Of a DNA stretch of 64,000 nt, positions 25,279-35,778 are shown piece after piece. Origin of the DNA: Oscillospiraceae bacterium (GTDB lineage Bacteria; Bacillota; Clostridia; UBA1212; UBA1255); assembly GCA_015069185.1 (NCBI GenBank), contig SVJB01000005.1, positions 55,958 through 119,957 of the forward strand, in the 5' to 3' direction. A model generated the notes under the pieces. The model was not told where the DNA came from. It worked only from the letters and a program-made list of their open reading frames with translations, and made no database searches. Within the stretch, counting starts at the first letter, position 1; each line of letters begins with the position of its first letter. The position numbers were made by a program, and so were the translations under genes.

Positions 25279-26022
25279 ATGATACAGGATTTACATTCAC
25301 ATACATATTATTCCTTCTGTGGAGCAGACACACCGGAACAAGTTGTTGAGACTGCCATTGCAGGTGGTATTGAGCTTCTTGGTATTACAGACCATCAGTA
25401 TGGTATAGGTAACGCCAGAGGAGATGTCTTTAATACAGATAAATCACTTCTTACAGATGATTACGGACTTACTCTTCGCAGATATTTTGATCATATTAAT
25501 TTAATTAAAGAAAAATATGCAGATAAAATAACTGTATTACGTGGTATCGAGATATGTACAGTGAATCAGGGAAGATTGCCATTACCTGAGTCTGCGGATA
25601 TTTCATTCTTTGATTACTGTATTATTGAGAATCTTGATTTAAAAGGAAATACAATAACAAACGGAGATTTATTCAGCTTTGCCGAGAGATGTGCTTGCCC
25701 ATGCGGTATAGCTCACACAAATATGTTTGCCTTTATCAACTCAATAGGAGAGGATCCGTTGGAATATTTCAAGAAAATGGCAGATAAAAACATTTTCTGG
25801 GAGATGAATGTTAATCTGGATACTATACATAGAGGAAATCAGCACAAATATATGTTGGACTTCTTTGAGGATGAGGCACAGCAGGATATTGTAAGAAAAT
25901 CAGGTGTACGTCTTAGTATTGGTTTTGACGGACATCGGGTATATGACTATAAGCCTGATAGAATTAAGGACTATTGCCGCAAGCTTACAGCAATGGGCAT
26001 CAAAATGGCCTTTGAAGAATAG
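25279..26022 (+). CDS. PHP-domain (histidinol-phosphatase-like) metal-dependent phosphoesterase
   Basis: ATG at 25279 follows GGAGGTG. Motifs DLHSHT and GITDH. Confidence 0.65.
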   Translation: MIQDLHSHTYYSFCGADTPEQVVETAIAGGIELLGITDHQYGIGNARGDVFNTDKSLLTDDYGLTLRRYFDHINLIKEKYADKITVLRGIEICTVNQGRLPLPESADISFFDYCIIENLDLKGNTITNGDLFSFAERCACPCGIAHTNMFAFINSIGEDPLEYFKKMADKNIFWEMNVNLDTIHRGNQHKYMLDFFEDEAQQDIVRKSGVRLSIGFDGHRVYDYKPDRIKDYCRKLTAMGIKMAFEE

Positions 26023-26031
26023 GAGTAAATA

Positions 26032-26754
26032 ATGTCTATAAAAGCAGTTTTATTTGATTTGGATGCAACATTGCTTCCTATGAATCAAGATGAGTTTCTT
26101 AAAACATATTTTAAATTACTTGCCACAAGAATGGCAAGATACGGTTATGATCCCAAGGAAGTCGTTGATGGCATTTGGAAGGGTAGCTATGCTATGATAA
26201 AAAATGACGGAAAGTGTTCGAACGAAGAACTTTTCTGGAAAGTGTTTGCACAGGCTATAGGCGAGAAAGTCTTGGATGACAGATATATTTTTGATGAGTT
26301 TTACCAACAGGAATTTGACAACTTAAAGGAGCTTTGCGGCTATAATCCCAAGGCAAATATGATTGTTAAGAAACTCAAAGATGCGGGAGTACAGAATGTA
26401 CTGGCAACAAATCCTATGTTTCCCAGCCTTGCTACTGAAAAACGTGCTATGTGGGCAGGCCTTGATATAAATGATTTTATATTCTATACCACTTATGAAA
26501 ATATTGGCTACAGTAAGCCTAATCCGGAATATTATAAGGAGATTGCAGATCGTCTTAGTATACTGCCTGAAGAGTGTCTGATGGTAGGAAATGATGCTTC
26601 AGACGACATGATTGCATCCACTCTGGGTATGAAAGTATTCTTACATACAGACTGTCTCATAAATGCGAAAAATGCGGATATTTCGCAATATCCGCAAGGA
26701 AATTTTCACCAACTTGATGAATACATCAAACATCAAGTTCCATCGTACTCTTAA
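26032..26754 (+). CDS. HAD-superfamily hydrolase
   Basis: Motif I FDLDATL and motif IV VGNDASDD. Confidence 0.7.
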   Translation: MSIKAVLFDLDATLLPMNQDEFLKTYFKLLATRMARYGYDPKEVVDGIWKGSYAMIKNDGKCSNEELFWKVFAQAIGEKVLDDRYIFDEFYQQEFDNLKELCGYNPKANMIVKKLKDAGVQNVLATNPMFPSLATEKRAMWAGLDINDFIFYTTYENIGYSKPNPEYYKEIADRLSILPEECLMVGNDASDDMIASTLGMKVFLHTDCLINAKNADISQYPQGNFHQLDEYIKHQVPSYS

Positions 26755-27244
26755 GTACACTAAAGCCACAGTGCTTATAAAATTCAATAGCAGATTTATT
26801 AAAATCCCACACATTAAGTTCGATGGAGCCGGCTCCTATCTCTTGTGCGTGGGATTGCACTTTTTCCATTAATTTTCTGCCGATACCTCTGCCTCGTATA
26901 TCAGGGTTCACACACAGATCGTCCAAGTACAACACTTTGCGATCGTGCAATAGAATATTATTCTTAGTTTCCTTAACAACACAAAAAGCATATCCCAATA
27001 CGCGCTCTGTACTGTCTGCTGCTACAAAAACAGGCGTTTTTTCATCACTTAATATTTTTTGCAGATCCTCTTCGCAATATTTACTAGAACCCTTATCCTT
27101 GAAAATATCCGGTCTGCCGTCATGATGTAGCTTGGCTATATAAATAAGTAGCTCCATCAAGTACGGAATGTCATTATTTGTTGCAAGTCTGATTTTAATT
27201 TCTTCTATCATATTAATCTCGTCCAGCGTATATTCTGTAATCAT
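26726..27244 (-). CDS. GNAT family N-acetyltransferase
   Basis: Acetyl-CoA binding motif RGRGIGRKLM. The 3' end overlaps the convergent HAD gene by 29 nt. Confidence 0.8.
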   Translation of the reverse strand: MITEYTLDEINMIEEIKIRLATNNDIPYLMELLIYIAKLHHDGRPDIFKDKGSSKYCEEDLQKILSDEKTPVFVAADSTERVLGYAFCVVKETKNNILLHDRKVLYLDDLCVNPDIRGRGIGRKLMEKVQSHAQEIGAGSIELNVWDFNKSAIEFYKHCGFSVLKSTMELDV

Positions 27245-27370
27245 GAAATTTTATATCAATCAGCCAAATTATGCAATAAAAGGATATCTGTAAGAATAAG
27301 ATGAATGTTGAATTTAACAAAAAGTTAATGTTATAATACACTAAAACATAACAAATAAAGGGAATATATT

Positions 27371-28234
27371 ATGAAGAAAAACAGAACAATAAGTTTCATT
27401 ATAATTACAATCATTTATATATTGGCTGCTATATGCGGTATTGTTACTTACAGGTTTCTGCCGATAAGCGGTATGTGGCTAAGGTTGCTTATTGCAGATA
27501 TCGCAGCTACAATTCTCACGTTTATTTTCAGCGTTATATTCAAAAATGCGTCTGTGTATGACCCGTATTGGAGCGTGCAACCTATCGTTATTTTGGCGGC
27601 ATTTGCAGCAGTAAACACAATATCGCCTGTGAAAATATTGTTCCTCATTGCAGTTTGTTTGTGGGGAATAAGACTGACTGCCAATTGGACGTATACATTT
27701 CACAGCTTTGAGTATCAGGATTGGCGGTATGTTATGCTTCGTGAAAAGACAGGGTGGCTATATCCTTTTGTGAACTTTACAGGGATACATATGGTGCCGA
27801 CACTGGTAGTATATGGTTGTACTATTCCTGCTGTATATGTAATGATTCAAAATCCGAAGCTTAACTTGCTTACCTGTGTATTCTTACTGCAATCGGTATG
27901 TGCCATGTTGCTACAGGGCAGTGCAGATATCCAGATGCACCGATTCAGGAAAGCAAAGAGCCAAGGCAAGGCCAGTGGCTTCATACGTACCGGATTATGG
28001 AAATACTCAAGGCATCCTAATTATTTGGGAGAGATACTTATGTGGTGGGGGATTGGACTGGCTGCTGTATTTTCTTTGGGCTTCAAATGGTATTTTCTGG
28101 CAGGAGCTATTGCCAACACTCTCTTATTCCTGATTGTCAGCATTCCAATGGCAGACAAACGCCAGTCCGCAAAAGAGGGCTTTGCTGAGTACAAGAAAAA
28201 CACTCGTATGTTACTGCCTATAAGGAAACGATAA
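27371..28234 (+). CDS. DUF1295 / steroid-5-alpha-reductase-like polytopic membrane protein
   Basis: Multi-TM protein with the conserved C-terminal motif YSRHPNYLGEILMWWG. Confidence 0.65.
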   Translation: MKKNRTISFIIITIIYILAAICGIVTYRFLPISGMWLRLLIADIAATILTFIFSVIFKNASVYDPYWSVQPIVILAAFAAVNTISPVKILFLIAVCLWGIRLTANWTYTFHSFEYQDWRYVMLREKTGWLYPFVNFTGIHMVPTLVVYGCTIPAVYVMIQNPKLNLLTCVFLLQSVCAMLLQGSADIQMHRFRKAKSQGKASGFIRTGLWKYSRHPNYLGEILMWWGIGLAAVFSLGFKWYFLAGAIANTLLFLIVSIPMADKRQSAKEGFAEYKKNTRMLLPIRKR

Positions 28235-28386
28235 AATATTGACAGATAGTCCTACATATGTGTAAAATGTAATTGGGAAGAAGCGTGGAGCCGAAAATAG
28301 AATATCGATATTTTATATTATAAGTGTCATTGTAATGAGAAGCGACATACTTCTTTTCGAAAATATTAAGAGACGAGGAGGAATTT

Positions 28387-29268
28387 ATGAGAAAAATCGC
28401 TTTATTCATCATTATTACTATAATGGTTTTTCTGGTTTCCTGTGATACGAATGTGGCGTCAAAGCCTGATTCAACTCCCGGAACCACTCTGCAATTAACT
28501 GAATATTCCTGCTTTGCTACGGAGAATGGCTGGAGGGTAATACTCGGTGATTATCCCAAGATAGACCACTCTGAGTCCGGCTGCAGTATTCATCATGTAA
28601 TAGTAACATTTACATCTCTTATTGATTTGCGACAACGCTTTATGGATGGTTCGTTTGATAGTCGTGAGAAGGAATCTCTAGAAGTGTATCTTCCGTATGA
28701 TACAGAGAATAGACTGATGATACTTGATTTGGACAATATTGCATATCCTGTTTTTCCTGATGGAATAACTTGGAACGATAATGAAGAAATACAGCTTACA
28801 AGAGAAATCCATCAACCTAGCTTTAGCTCGATTTTTCACAACGATTTATACGAAGGAATTGTTTACATGTTCATTACTTCAAGTGATATGGAACAAAATA
28901 TCAGTGATGTGCGTATTACAAGAGAAAACACGGAGAACTACCAGGAGATAAAAGTTTTAAGAAATAGTGATGAATTGCAAAATAACGAATCTGCAATACC
29001 GATTCTTGTGCAGGGTGTTCAGTATATCAATTCTTACGGAGATGAAGGAATTCAAATCTGCTATGAGTTTACAGAAAACAATCTGCGATATTCTGTTTTC
29101 GAAGAATTGGATACAGATGACAAGACTCTCAAATATGTGAAAATATATGTAAATAATGATAATCATTATTTCTTATATTATGTACCTGCAGAGATGTTTA
29201 CAGGTAAGTATCCTACAAGAGAAGAAATTATGGCATTTGGCATCAAAATAGAAGCAATACACCAGTAA
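28387..29268 (+). CDS. hypothetical lipoprotein (293 aa)
   Basis: GAGGAGG RBS and a lipobox-like FLVSCD. No family recognised. Confidence 0.5.
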   Translation: MRKIALFIIITIMVFLVSCDTNVASKPDSTPGTTLQLTEYSCFATENGWRVILGDYPKIDHSESGCSIHHVIVTFTSLIDLRQRFMDGSFDSREKESLEVYLPYDTENRLMILDLDNIAYPVFPDGITWNDNEEIQLTREIHQPSFSSIFHNDLYEGIVYMFITSSDMEQNISDVRITRENTENYQEIKVLRNSDELQNNESAIPILVQGVQYINSYGDEGIQICYEFTENNLRYSVFEELDTDDKTLKYVKIYVNNDNHYFLYYVPAEMFTGKYPTREEIMAFGIKIEAIHQ

Positions 29269-29318
29269 TTGGATTTTAGCATTAATAGATATAAAAAAAC
29301 AATTATATTGCTTATGTA

Positions 29319-29348
29319 AACAGTCCGGATTATTATATCCGGACTGTT
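29319..29348. terminator. hairpin between convergent genes (probable terminator)
   Basis: Stem AACAGTCCGGA / TCCGGACTGTT. Flanking U-tracts are weak. Confidence 0.55.
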
Positions 29349-29370
29349 GTTGGATTTATGAGAGAAAGCA

Positions 29371-30108
29371 TTATTCCTCAATCACTTTCTCCACAACCGT
29401 TACAATTTTATTCATCAGATCAACATCAAAGTTCTCAAACTCTGTTACTTTAATTTTATTGCCGGTTACGGCTCTGTACATTGTTGCTGCCGCTGCATAT
29501 CTTCCATAATTCATCAATAAATGGAATCCGTCGCGACAAAGAGACATACCTCCATTTGAATAATCAAATTCAGGCACTTCTCGTCGCAGAGTTTGTATTA
29601 CATCGCCGGTAGGTATTATACGGGCATTAATCAGCTTAGCTACAAGCTCACTGCAATCGCATATTCTCCTATACATTTCGTCCTGACTTTTGTTATATAA
29701 ATCAAAGCCAGGATGTGTAGAATCTATTTCATATGCCCATGTTTTAATAAACATCAGCTGGGCTTGCGGCTGAGCGCGGCGTACGACATCTGCAAGCTCC
29801 ACGATGTACGGATAATATGACTGTGGCACACCGCTGTGGCGGCTTGCTTGCTGCAAAGTAATTACATCATATGTGTCCGTCTCAAGTGCTTCTGTTAATG
29901 AGATTTTTCTGATGGCGCTACCGCCGTTTATCTCAAGGTCGTAGTCAGCTGAACCATTTTTATATTCATTCCAGTGTTGTTCTAAACTGCAACCCCCTAT
30001 ATAAAGATTTACCGCATGTAAATCAAAATTATTTTTTTCGGCTAGTTTATGTAGCCATTTATGCGAGTCCTGTGAAAAGCTGTTTCCGATAGACAAAATT
30101 TTCACCAC
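29371..30108 (-). CDS. SGNH/GDSL-like hydrolase (DUF4886-like)
   Basis: I prefer a GTG start (30108 or 30105) 5-8 nt after AGGAGG over the track ATG at 30150. Block I reads ILSIGNSFS and block V-like reads CRDGFHL. Confidence 0.5.
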   Translation of the reverse strand: MVKILSIGNSFSQDSHKWLHKLAEKNNFDLHAVNLYIGGCSLEQHWNEYKNGSADYDLEINGGSAIRKISLTEALETDTYDVITLQQASRHSGVPQSYYPYIVELADVVRRAQPQAQLMFIKTWAYEIDSTHPGFDLYNKSQDEMYRRICDCSELVAKLINARIIPTGDVIQTLRREVPEFDYSNGGMSLCRDGFHLLMNYGRYAAAATMYRAVTGNKIKVTEFENFDVDLMNKIVTVVEKVIEE

Positions 30109-30220
30109 AAATACCTCCTGATTTTTTTCAATGGGTGCAGGATAAATCAAAAAAAGGTTGCTGTCAACTATAAATTTTAGTATACTTGATTGTCATTATT
30201 ATTAAAAGTAGGAGACAAAA

Positions 30221-31963
30221 ATGATTGTTTTAGGGTGTGACGAAGTATCATTATCATTTGGCGGCGAGGTTGTTTTAAATGGCCTCACTTTTTCTGTGAA
30301 TGATGGTGACAGGCTTGGCATTGTGGGAGCCAACGGCGCAGGCAAAACATCACTTTTCAGAATAATAACAGATCAAATAAGCTACACAGGTCGTGTGTTT
30401 ATATCAAATAACAGCACTCTCGGTATGCTGGATCAGAATCCTATTGTAAATTCGGAGCGTAGTCTGTTTGATGAGATGATTTCTGTTTTTGAAAATAAAA
30501 TGGAACATGACTATGAGCTGTATGATTACAAATATCAGGTAGATACAATTTTGCATAAATTGGGCTTTAGCGATCATGACTTTACAAAGAGCGTTAATAC
30601 TTTTTCAGGTGGACAGAAAACAAGAATTGCTTTAGGTAAGCTTCTTTTGATAAAACCTGATATTTTACTTCTGGACGAGCCTACAAACCATTTGGATGTA
30701 GATACATTATATTGGCTGGAAGATTATCTGGCTTCTTTTAAATCTACAATTATTGTAATATCTCATGACAGATATTTTCTTGATAAAGTTGCTACAAAGA
30801 TTCTTGATATAGAAAACGGAAAAGGAAAGCTATATAACGGCAATTACTCCTCATATGTAACTCAGAAGGAAAAGGACAGAGAGATACAACAACATCACTA
30901 TGAGAATCAGCAACGAGAAATAAAGCGTCTGGAGGAATTTATTACACTCCAGCGTAAATGGAATCGAGAGCATAATATTGTTGCTGCCGAGAGTCGCCAG
31001 AAATATATCGACCGCATGGAGAAGATAGATGCGCCTGATGCCCCCACTGAACTTATACGCCTTACTTTTGATGCAGGTAGAGAGAGTGGCAATGATGTTC
31101 TCAGTGTAAAGAAGCTGTCTAAGAGCTTTGGTGATAAGAGTGTATTTGAGAACCTGAATTTTCAAGTACAGAAAGGCGAATTTGTATTCATAACGGGTAA
31201 GAACGGCTCTGGTAAGAGTACATTGATGAAAATATTGAATGGTAGGGAACGTCCTACATCAGGTAATGTTTTCTGGGGCGCCAATGTGTCAGTAGGTTAC
31301 TACGATCAGGAAAATCAGAATCTAAATCCTGCTAATACAGTGCTTGACGAAATGTCAGAATATTATAGGACGCATACCTTGACGCAAGTACGCTGCGCGC
31401 TGGCCCAGTTTCTTTTCAAAGGTGACGATGTACACAAGACTGTCAGCGTGTTATCCGGCGGTGAAAAGGCACGGCTGACTTTGGCAAAGCTGATTCTTCG
31501 TAAGAATAACGTACTTGTCCTTGATGAACCAACGAACCACCTGGATATCGGATCAAAGGAAGCACTGGAAACTGCACTGAGCGAATACAAGGGCACTCTT
31601 ATAGCTGTTTCTCACGACAGATATTTCATACAGAAATTGTCAACTCGCATGATCAACATATCAGATTATGCAGCTATGAGTAATCAAGGAGATATGACAG
31701 CTTACGATAAGCCTGAGATTTCAGAATCTAAAATGGCCTATGAGGAGGCAAAGAAAGCGGCAGCAGATAAGCGAAAGTTAGAAACAGCAAAGAAACGTGC
31801 TTTGGAGCAAATTACTAAGCTGGAGACGCGCCTTGAGGAAATTGATACGCAACTACATCTTGAGCAGAATCAGACAGACTATATTCTCCTGGCTCAGCTT
31901 GATGGAGAGAAAAACCAAATAGAAGATAAGCTTCTTGAATTATATGAGCTTACTATAGAATAG
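30221..31963 (+). CDS. ABC-F family ATPase (two ABC domains, no TM, C-terminal coiled coil)
   Basis: Walker A GANGAGKTS and GKNGSGKST. Two signature motifs, SGGQK and SGGEK. Confidence 0.85.
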   Translation: MIVLGCDEVSLSFGGEVVLNGLTFSVNDGDRLGIVGANGAGKTSLFRIITDQISYTGRVFISNNSTLGMLDQNPIVNSERSLFDEMISVFENKMEHDYELYDYKYQVDTILHKLGFSDHDFTKSVNTFSGGQKTRIALGKLLLIKPDILLLDEPTNHLDVDTLYWLEDYLASFKSTIIVISHDRYFLDKVATKILDIENGKGKLYNGNYSSYVTQKEKDREIQQHHYENQQREIKRLEEFITLQRKWNREHNIVAAESRQKYIDRMEKIDAPDAPTELIRLTFDAGRESGNDVLSVKKLSKSFGDKSVFENLNFQVQKGEFVFITGKNGSGKSTLMKILNGRERPTSGNVFWGANVSVGYYDQENQNLNPANTVLDEMSEYYRTHTLTQVRCALAQFLFKGDDVHKTVSVLSGGEKARLTLAKLILRKNNVLVLDEPTNHLDIGSKEALETALSEYKGTLIAVSHDRYFIQKLSTRMINISDYAAMSNQGDMTAYDKPEISESKMAYEEAKKAAADKRKLETAKKRALEQITKLETRLEEIDTQLHLEQNQTDYILLAQLDGEKNQIEDKLLELYELTIE

Positions 31964-31973
31964 GAGGCGCGAC

Positions 31974-32609
31974 ATGGGAAAGTTATGTTGCATCATAGGT
32001 GCAGGTGATATCACAAATACAACTATTAATATTCCGGATTGTGCTTTTATTATCAGTGCTGACGGCGGCTACCAATATTTGGCAGACTTAGGCATCATAC
32101 CGGATCTTGCTATGGGTGATTTTGATTCCCTTGGATACGTTCCGGATAACACAGAAATAATTGTTTTTCCTTGTGAAAAGGACTATCCCGATATGATGCT
32201 TGCAGTGCTTGAAGCCGTTAAGAGGGGTTATGATGACATACTTATTTACGGCGCTATGGGCGGCAGACTTGACCATACAATAGGAAACCTTCAGATGTTA
32301 TGTGCCTTCTCACAGAAGGGTATCAGAGTAAAGCTTGTGGATGATGTTGTTGTTGTTACTGCAATAACTGATTCGTACATGGAGTTGGCTGCCAGAAATA
32401 AAGGGACTGTTTCTGTGTTTGCATTTGCTTGTGACTATGCTGAGGGAGTTAGTATAGAAGGACTAAAATATCAGCTTACAGATAGTATTCTCAGGGCAAA
32501 TGAACCACTGGGAGTAAGTAATGAATTTATTGGAAAAAGTGCCAGAATAAGTGTGAGGAATGGCACCCTTATAATAATATATCCGTCAAAGGAAGGAGAT
32601 TTAATATGA
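31974..32609 (+). CDS. thiN: thiamine pyrophosphokinase
   Basis: Motifs GDFDS and GGRLDHTIGNLQ, with a C-terminal thiamin-binding beta domain. Confidence 0.75.
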   Translation: MGKLCCIIGAGDITNTTINIPDCAFIISADGGYQYLADLGIIPDLAMGDFDSLGYVPDNTEIIVFPCEKDYPDMMLAVLEAVKRGYDDILIYGAMGGRLDHTIGNLQMLCAFSQKGIRVKLVDDVVVVTAITDSYMELAARNKGTVSVFAFACDYAEGVSIEGLKYQLTDSILRANEPLGVSNEFIGKSARISVRNGTLIIIYPSKEGDLI

Positions 32610-33319
32610 TCAAAGTAACGGTATGGAATGAATTTATTCACGAAAAGACACATGCTGATGTGCAGGCTATGTATCCTAAAGCAATTCATGGTACAATACG
32701 TGATTTCCTCAAGACAAACGAGGATATGGAAGTAAGAGTCTCAACAATGGATGATCCTGAGCAGGGACTTTCTGAAGAGCTGTTAAATGATACAGATGTT
32801 CTTATCTGGTGGGGACATGTAGCGCATCATATGATAACTGATGAGACATGTCAGAGAGTACAGGATCACGTTTTGCGGGGAATGGGTCTGATAGTTCTTC
32901 ATTCTGCACATATGTCCAAACCATTCATGAGACTTTTAGGTACTTCAGGTACACTCAAATGGGGCGAGCCGGACCGTGAACGTATATGGTGCTGCAATCC
33001 GGGACATCCTATTGCCCAGGGTATTCCGGAACAATTTGTATTGGAACCGGAGGAGATGTATTGTGAATTCTTTGATATCCCACAACCGGACGAGCTTGTT
33101 TTTATAAGTTGGTTTAAGGGTGGAGAGGTATTTAGATCAGGATGCACTTTTAGAAGAGGAAATGGAAAAATTTTCTACTTCCGCCCCGGTCACGAGACAA
33201 ATCCTTCTTACCATAATGAAAATGTTCAGAAAGTTATTACAAATGCTGTAAGATGGGCATACACTCCTCAAAGAGCAAAGCGCCTTGATGCAGTGTATAC
33301 ACCTGCTTTTGAATCATGA
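32606..33319 (+). CDS. ThuA-like (trehalose utilisation) domain protein
   Basis: ATGA overlap with thiN. N-terminus VTVWNEFIHEK.. and the LIWWGH pattern are typical of the ThuA family. Confidence 0.65.
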   Translation: MIKVTVWNEFIHEKTHADVQAMYPKAIHGTIRDFLKTNEDMEVRVSTMDDPEQGLSEELLNDTDVLIWWGHVAHHMITDETCQRVQDHVLRGMGLIVLHSAHMSKPFMRLLGTSGTLKWGEPDRERIWCCNPGHPIAQGIPEQFVLEPEEMYCEFFDIPQPDELVFISWFKGGEVFRSGCTFRRGNGKIFYFRPGHETNPSYHNENVQKVITNAVRWAYTPQRAKRLDAVYTPAFES

Positions 33320-33336
33320 AGAAAATATGGTATAAT
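33309..33336 (+). promoter_or_regulatory. putative promoter for the ABC exporter/aconitase operon
   Basis: TTGAAT (33309-33314), 16-nt spacer, TGgTATAAT (hexamer 33331-33336). Confidence 0.45.
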
Positions 33337-33371
33337 ATTTAGGTTATCACATTTGAAAGGAACAGCTTCTA

Positions 33372-34109
33372 ATGCTTGAACTCAGGAATATAACTAAATG
33401 TTACGATAAACGTAAAACTGCGGCTGTAAGTGATCTCAATCTTAAAGTAAATAAGGGTGAGATATTTGGCTTTATCGGTCCCAACGGAGCCGGTAAGACT
33501 ACTACCATTAAAATGATTACTGATATTATTAAGCCAACAGCCGGGGATATATTGATTGATGGCGTAAATATGCGCGATGATCCTATTAAATGTAAACAAA
33601 GCTTTGGCTATGTACCGGATAACCCTGATGTTTATGAGAAGCTTACAGCAAGAGAATATCTTGAATTTATGGGTGACATTTACGCTGTGCCGGCAAAAGA
33701 AAGACAGGCTCGTATACAGAAGTATTCTGCTATGTTTGATATATCCAATGCATTAAATGACCAGATTAAGAGCTTCTCACATGGTATGAGACAGAAGCTT
33801 GTGTTAACCGGAGCATTGATACATAATCCTAAATTATGGATCCTGGACGAGCCTATGGTGGGTTTGGATCCGATGTCTGCTCACTGTCTCAAAGAAGAGA
33901 TGAAAGACCATTGCAAGCAGGGGAATACTGTTTTCTTCTCAACCCACGTATTGGAAGTAGCAGAGAAGCTTTGTGATAGAATTGCTATTATTTCTAAGGG
34001 TGTTATTGCTGCTATCGGTACTGTAGAGGAGCTCAAAGAGCAGGCAAAGAGCGGCGATTCTACTCTCGAAGATATATTTATAAATATTGTAGGAGGTAGC
34101 GGTGAATAA
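33372..34109 (+). CDS. ABC transporter ATP-binding protein (ABC-2/NatA-like)
   Basis: Walker A GPNGAGKTT, signature FSHGMRQK and Walker B LWILDEP. Confidence 0.85.
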   Translation: MLELRNITKCYDKRKTAAVSDLNLKVNKGEIFGFIGPNGAGKTTTIKMITDIIKPTAGDILIDGVNMRDDPIKCKQSFGYVPDNPDVYEKLTAREYLEFMGDIYAVPAKERQARIQKYSAMFDISNALNDQIKSFSHGMRQKLVLTGALIHNPKLWILDEPMVGLDPMSAHCLKEEMKDHCKQGNTVFFSTHVLEVAEKLCDRIAIISKGVIAAIGTVEELKEQAKSGDSTLEDIFINIVGGSGE

Positions 34110-35778
34110 GTTCTTAAGGTTATTCAAATTTAAATTGAACAACCAGTTTGGCTTGTCCTCGCTCAAAGCCAATCTTGCTGTACCATCAATGCGCAGAAAA
34201 GCATATTTCACGATATTGATTGCGCTGATTATCCTTGTATGCCTTATCGTACCGTATACAATGATGATGGTAATGCTCTACCAGTCTTTTGCATATCTGG
34301 ACAGTGCTGACATGTATCTTAAATCCATGATGACAATTGCTCAGATAATGGTATTTTTCACAGTGATATTAACTTCGTTTAACTCGATGTTTAACGGTCG
34401 TGAACAAGAACTTCTCAGACCACTGCCTGTGAAAAGAGAACATATTTTCCTTACTTCGTATGTTGTTTTATATGTGACAGCACTTGCTACATCTCTGATG
34501 GTACTGATACCGGGATTTGGCGTCTACATGTACTTTGAGGGCGTATCTATTCCGATGATCATAAAAGGATTGGTAGGCGCGATAATGTTCCCGGCTTTAC
34601 CTACCGCCATTGGTACTCTGATAATGTTTCTGCTTATGTCAGTTGCAGGCAGGTTCAAGCATAAAGAATTAATATCCACTATATTGAGTATAGCTTTTTT
34701 GGCAGGCTATATTGTTTTTTATACATTGATGTCTTCGGAAATATCAGATATAACTACAGAATCTCTGGCCGGTATTCTGGATAGTAATATTGGACTTATA
34801 GATGTTGTAGCAACATATATGATCAACGTATTCGTATATATGAAGCTAATGGGCACCGGTACAGATATGCTTATAGGACTTGTTGCCTCTTTGGCTATAT
34901 TTGCAGTAGCTTCACTGATAATGTACTATCTGGGTGGATTTCTTTTTGAAAAAGTTACAGACAAGCTGGCAAACAGCGCAGTTCGTAAGAAAGTGAAACA
35001 TATTGAATCCAAAGCCTCGTCTGCTCGTGTGACAATTATAAAAAAAGAGTTCAAAACAATGCTTCGTACACCGACTTACGTGCTTAATTGTATGATTAAT
35101 GTGATTATTGGTCCGCTTATAATGGTGATGCTGGGACTTCGTATGAAAGAGAGCACCGTTGAGGGTGATACAGATATAATTGATTTATTGAGTAAGCTTC
35201 TTAAAGATAATCAGGATATGTCATATGTGGTATGTGCTGTAATTACTATTTTGACACTGTTTATTATTGCAACAGCATTAGTTGCATCGACTTGTGTATC
35301 CAGAGAAGGTAAATCATACTGGCTTACCAAAATAATGCCGGTATCGCTTAAAGATCAGATAAACGCCAAATTAATATGTGCCTTGATTATAAATGTGGTT
35401 TGTGTTATAACTATGATGGCCATAGGTGGGGTTATGTTTGAACTTAGCTTCTTACCGGTGCTTATAGGTATTATAGTATGTGTGATTGCTTCCATAACAT
35501 TTGGCGACGTAGGAGCAATTGTTGATGTTATAAGACCTAAAATATATTGGGAACGTGAGACAGAGGCGGTTAAACAGAATTCAAATGGTATGATTGCCAT
35601 GGCTGTTTGCGCCGTTATAGCAGTATTTGACATTATTCCTGTCGTATTATATATTGCCGGAATACTGACAAATATTGTTATTGTTGTTGTTCTGACATTT
35701 GTTATTGAGCTTGCTTTTTTGATTGCAGGCAAAGTTTTATTGAATAAAATAATTCGAAATAAGGAGAGTCATTTATGA
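34102..35778 (+). CDS. polytopic membrane protein, putative ABC exporter permease
   Basis: GTG start overlaps the ATPase stop. At least 10 hydrophobic segments. No other motif recognised. Confidence 0.55.
   Translation: MNKFLRLFKFKLNNQFGLSSLKANLAVPSMRRKAYFTILIALIILVCLIVPYTMMMVMLYQSFAYLDSADMYLKSMMTIAQIMVFFTVILTSFNSMFNGREQELLRPLPVKREHIFLTSYVVLYVTALATSLMVLIPGFGVYMYFEGVSIPMIIKGLVGAIMFPALPTAIGTLIMFLLMSVAGRFKHKELISTILSIAFLAGYIVFYTLMSSEISDITTESLAGILDSNIGLIDVVATYMINVFVYMKLMGTGTDMLIGLVASLAIFAVASLIMYYLGGFLFEKVTDKLANSAVRKKVKHIESKASSARVTIIKKEFKTMLRTPTYVLNCMINVIIGPLIMVMLGLRMKESTVEGDTDIIDLLSKLLKDNQDMSYVVCAVITILTLFIIATALVASTCVSREGKSYWLTKIMPVSLKDQINAKLICALIINVVCVITMMAIGGVMFELSFLPVLIGIIVCVIASITFGDVGAIVDVIRPKIYWERETEAVKQNSNGMIAMAVCAVIAVFDIIPVVLYIAGILTNIVIVVVLTFVIELAFLIAGKVLLNKIIRNKESHL

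Noticed and set aside
30221-31963. ABC-F protein as an antibiotic-resistance (ARE) factor
   Set aside because: The inter-domain linker is of ordinary length, and a C-terminal coiled coil resembles housekeeping Uup/Ettа-like ABC-Fs. No resistance context is present.
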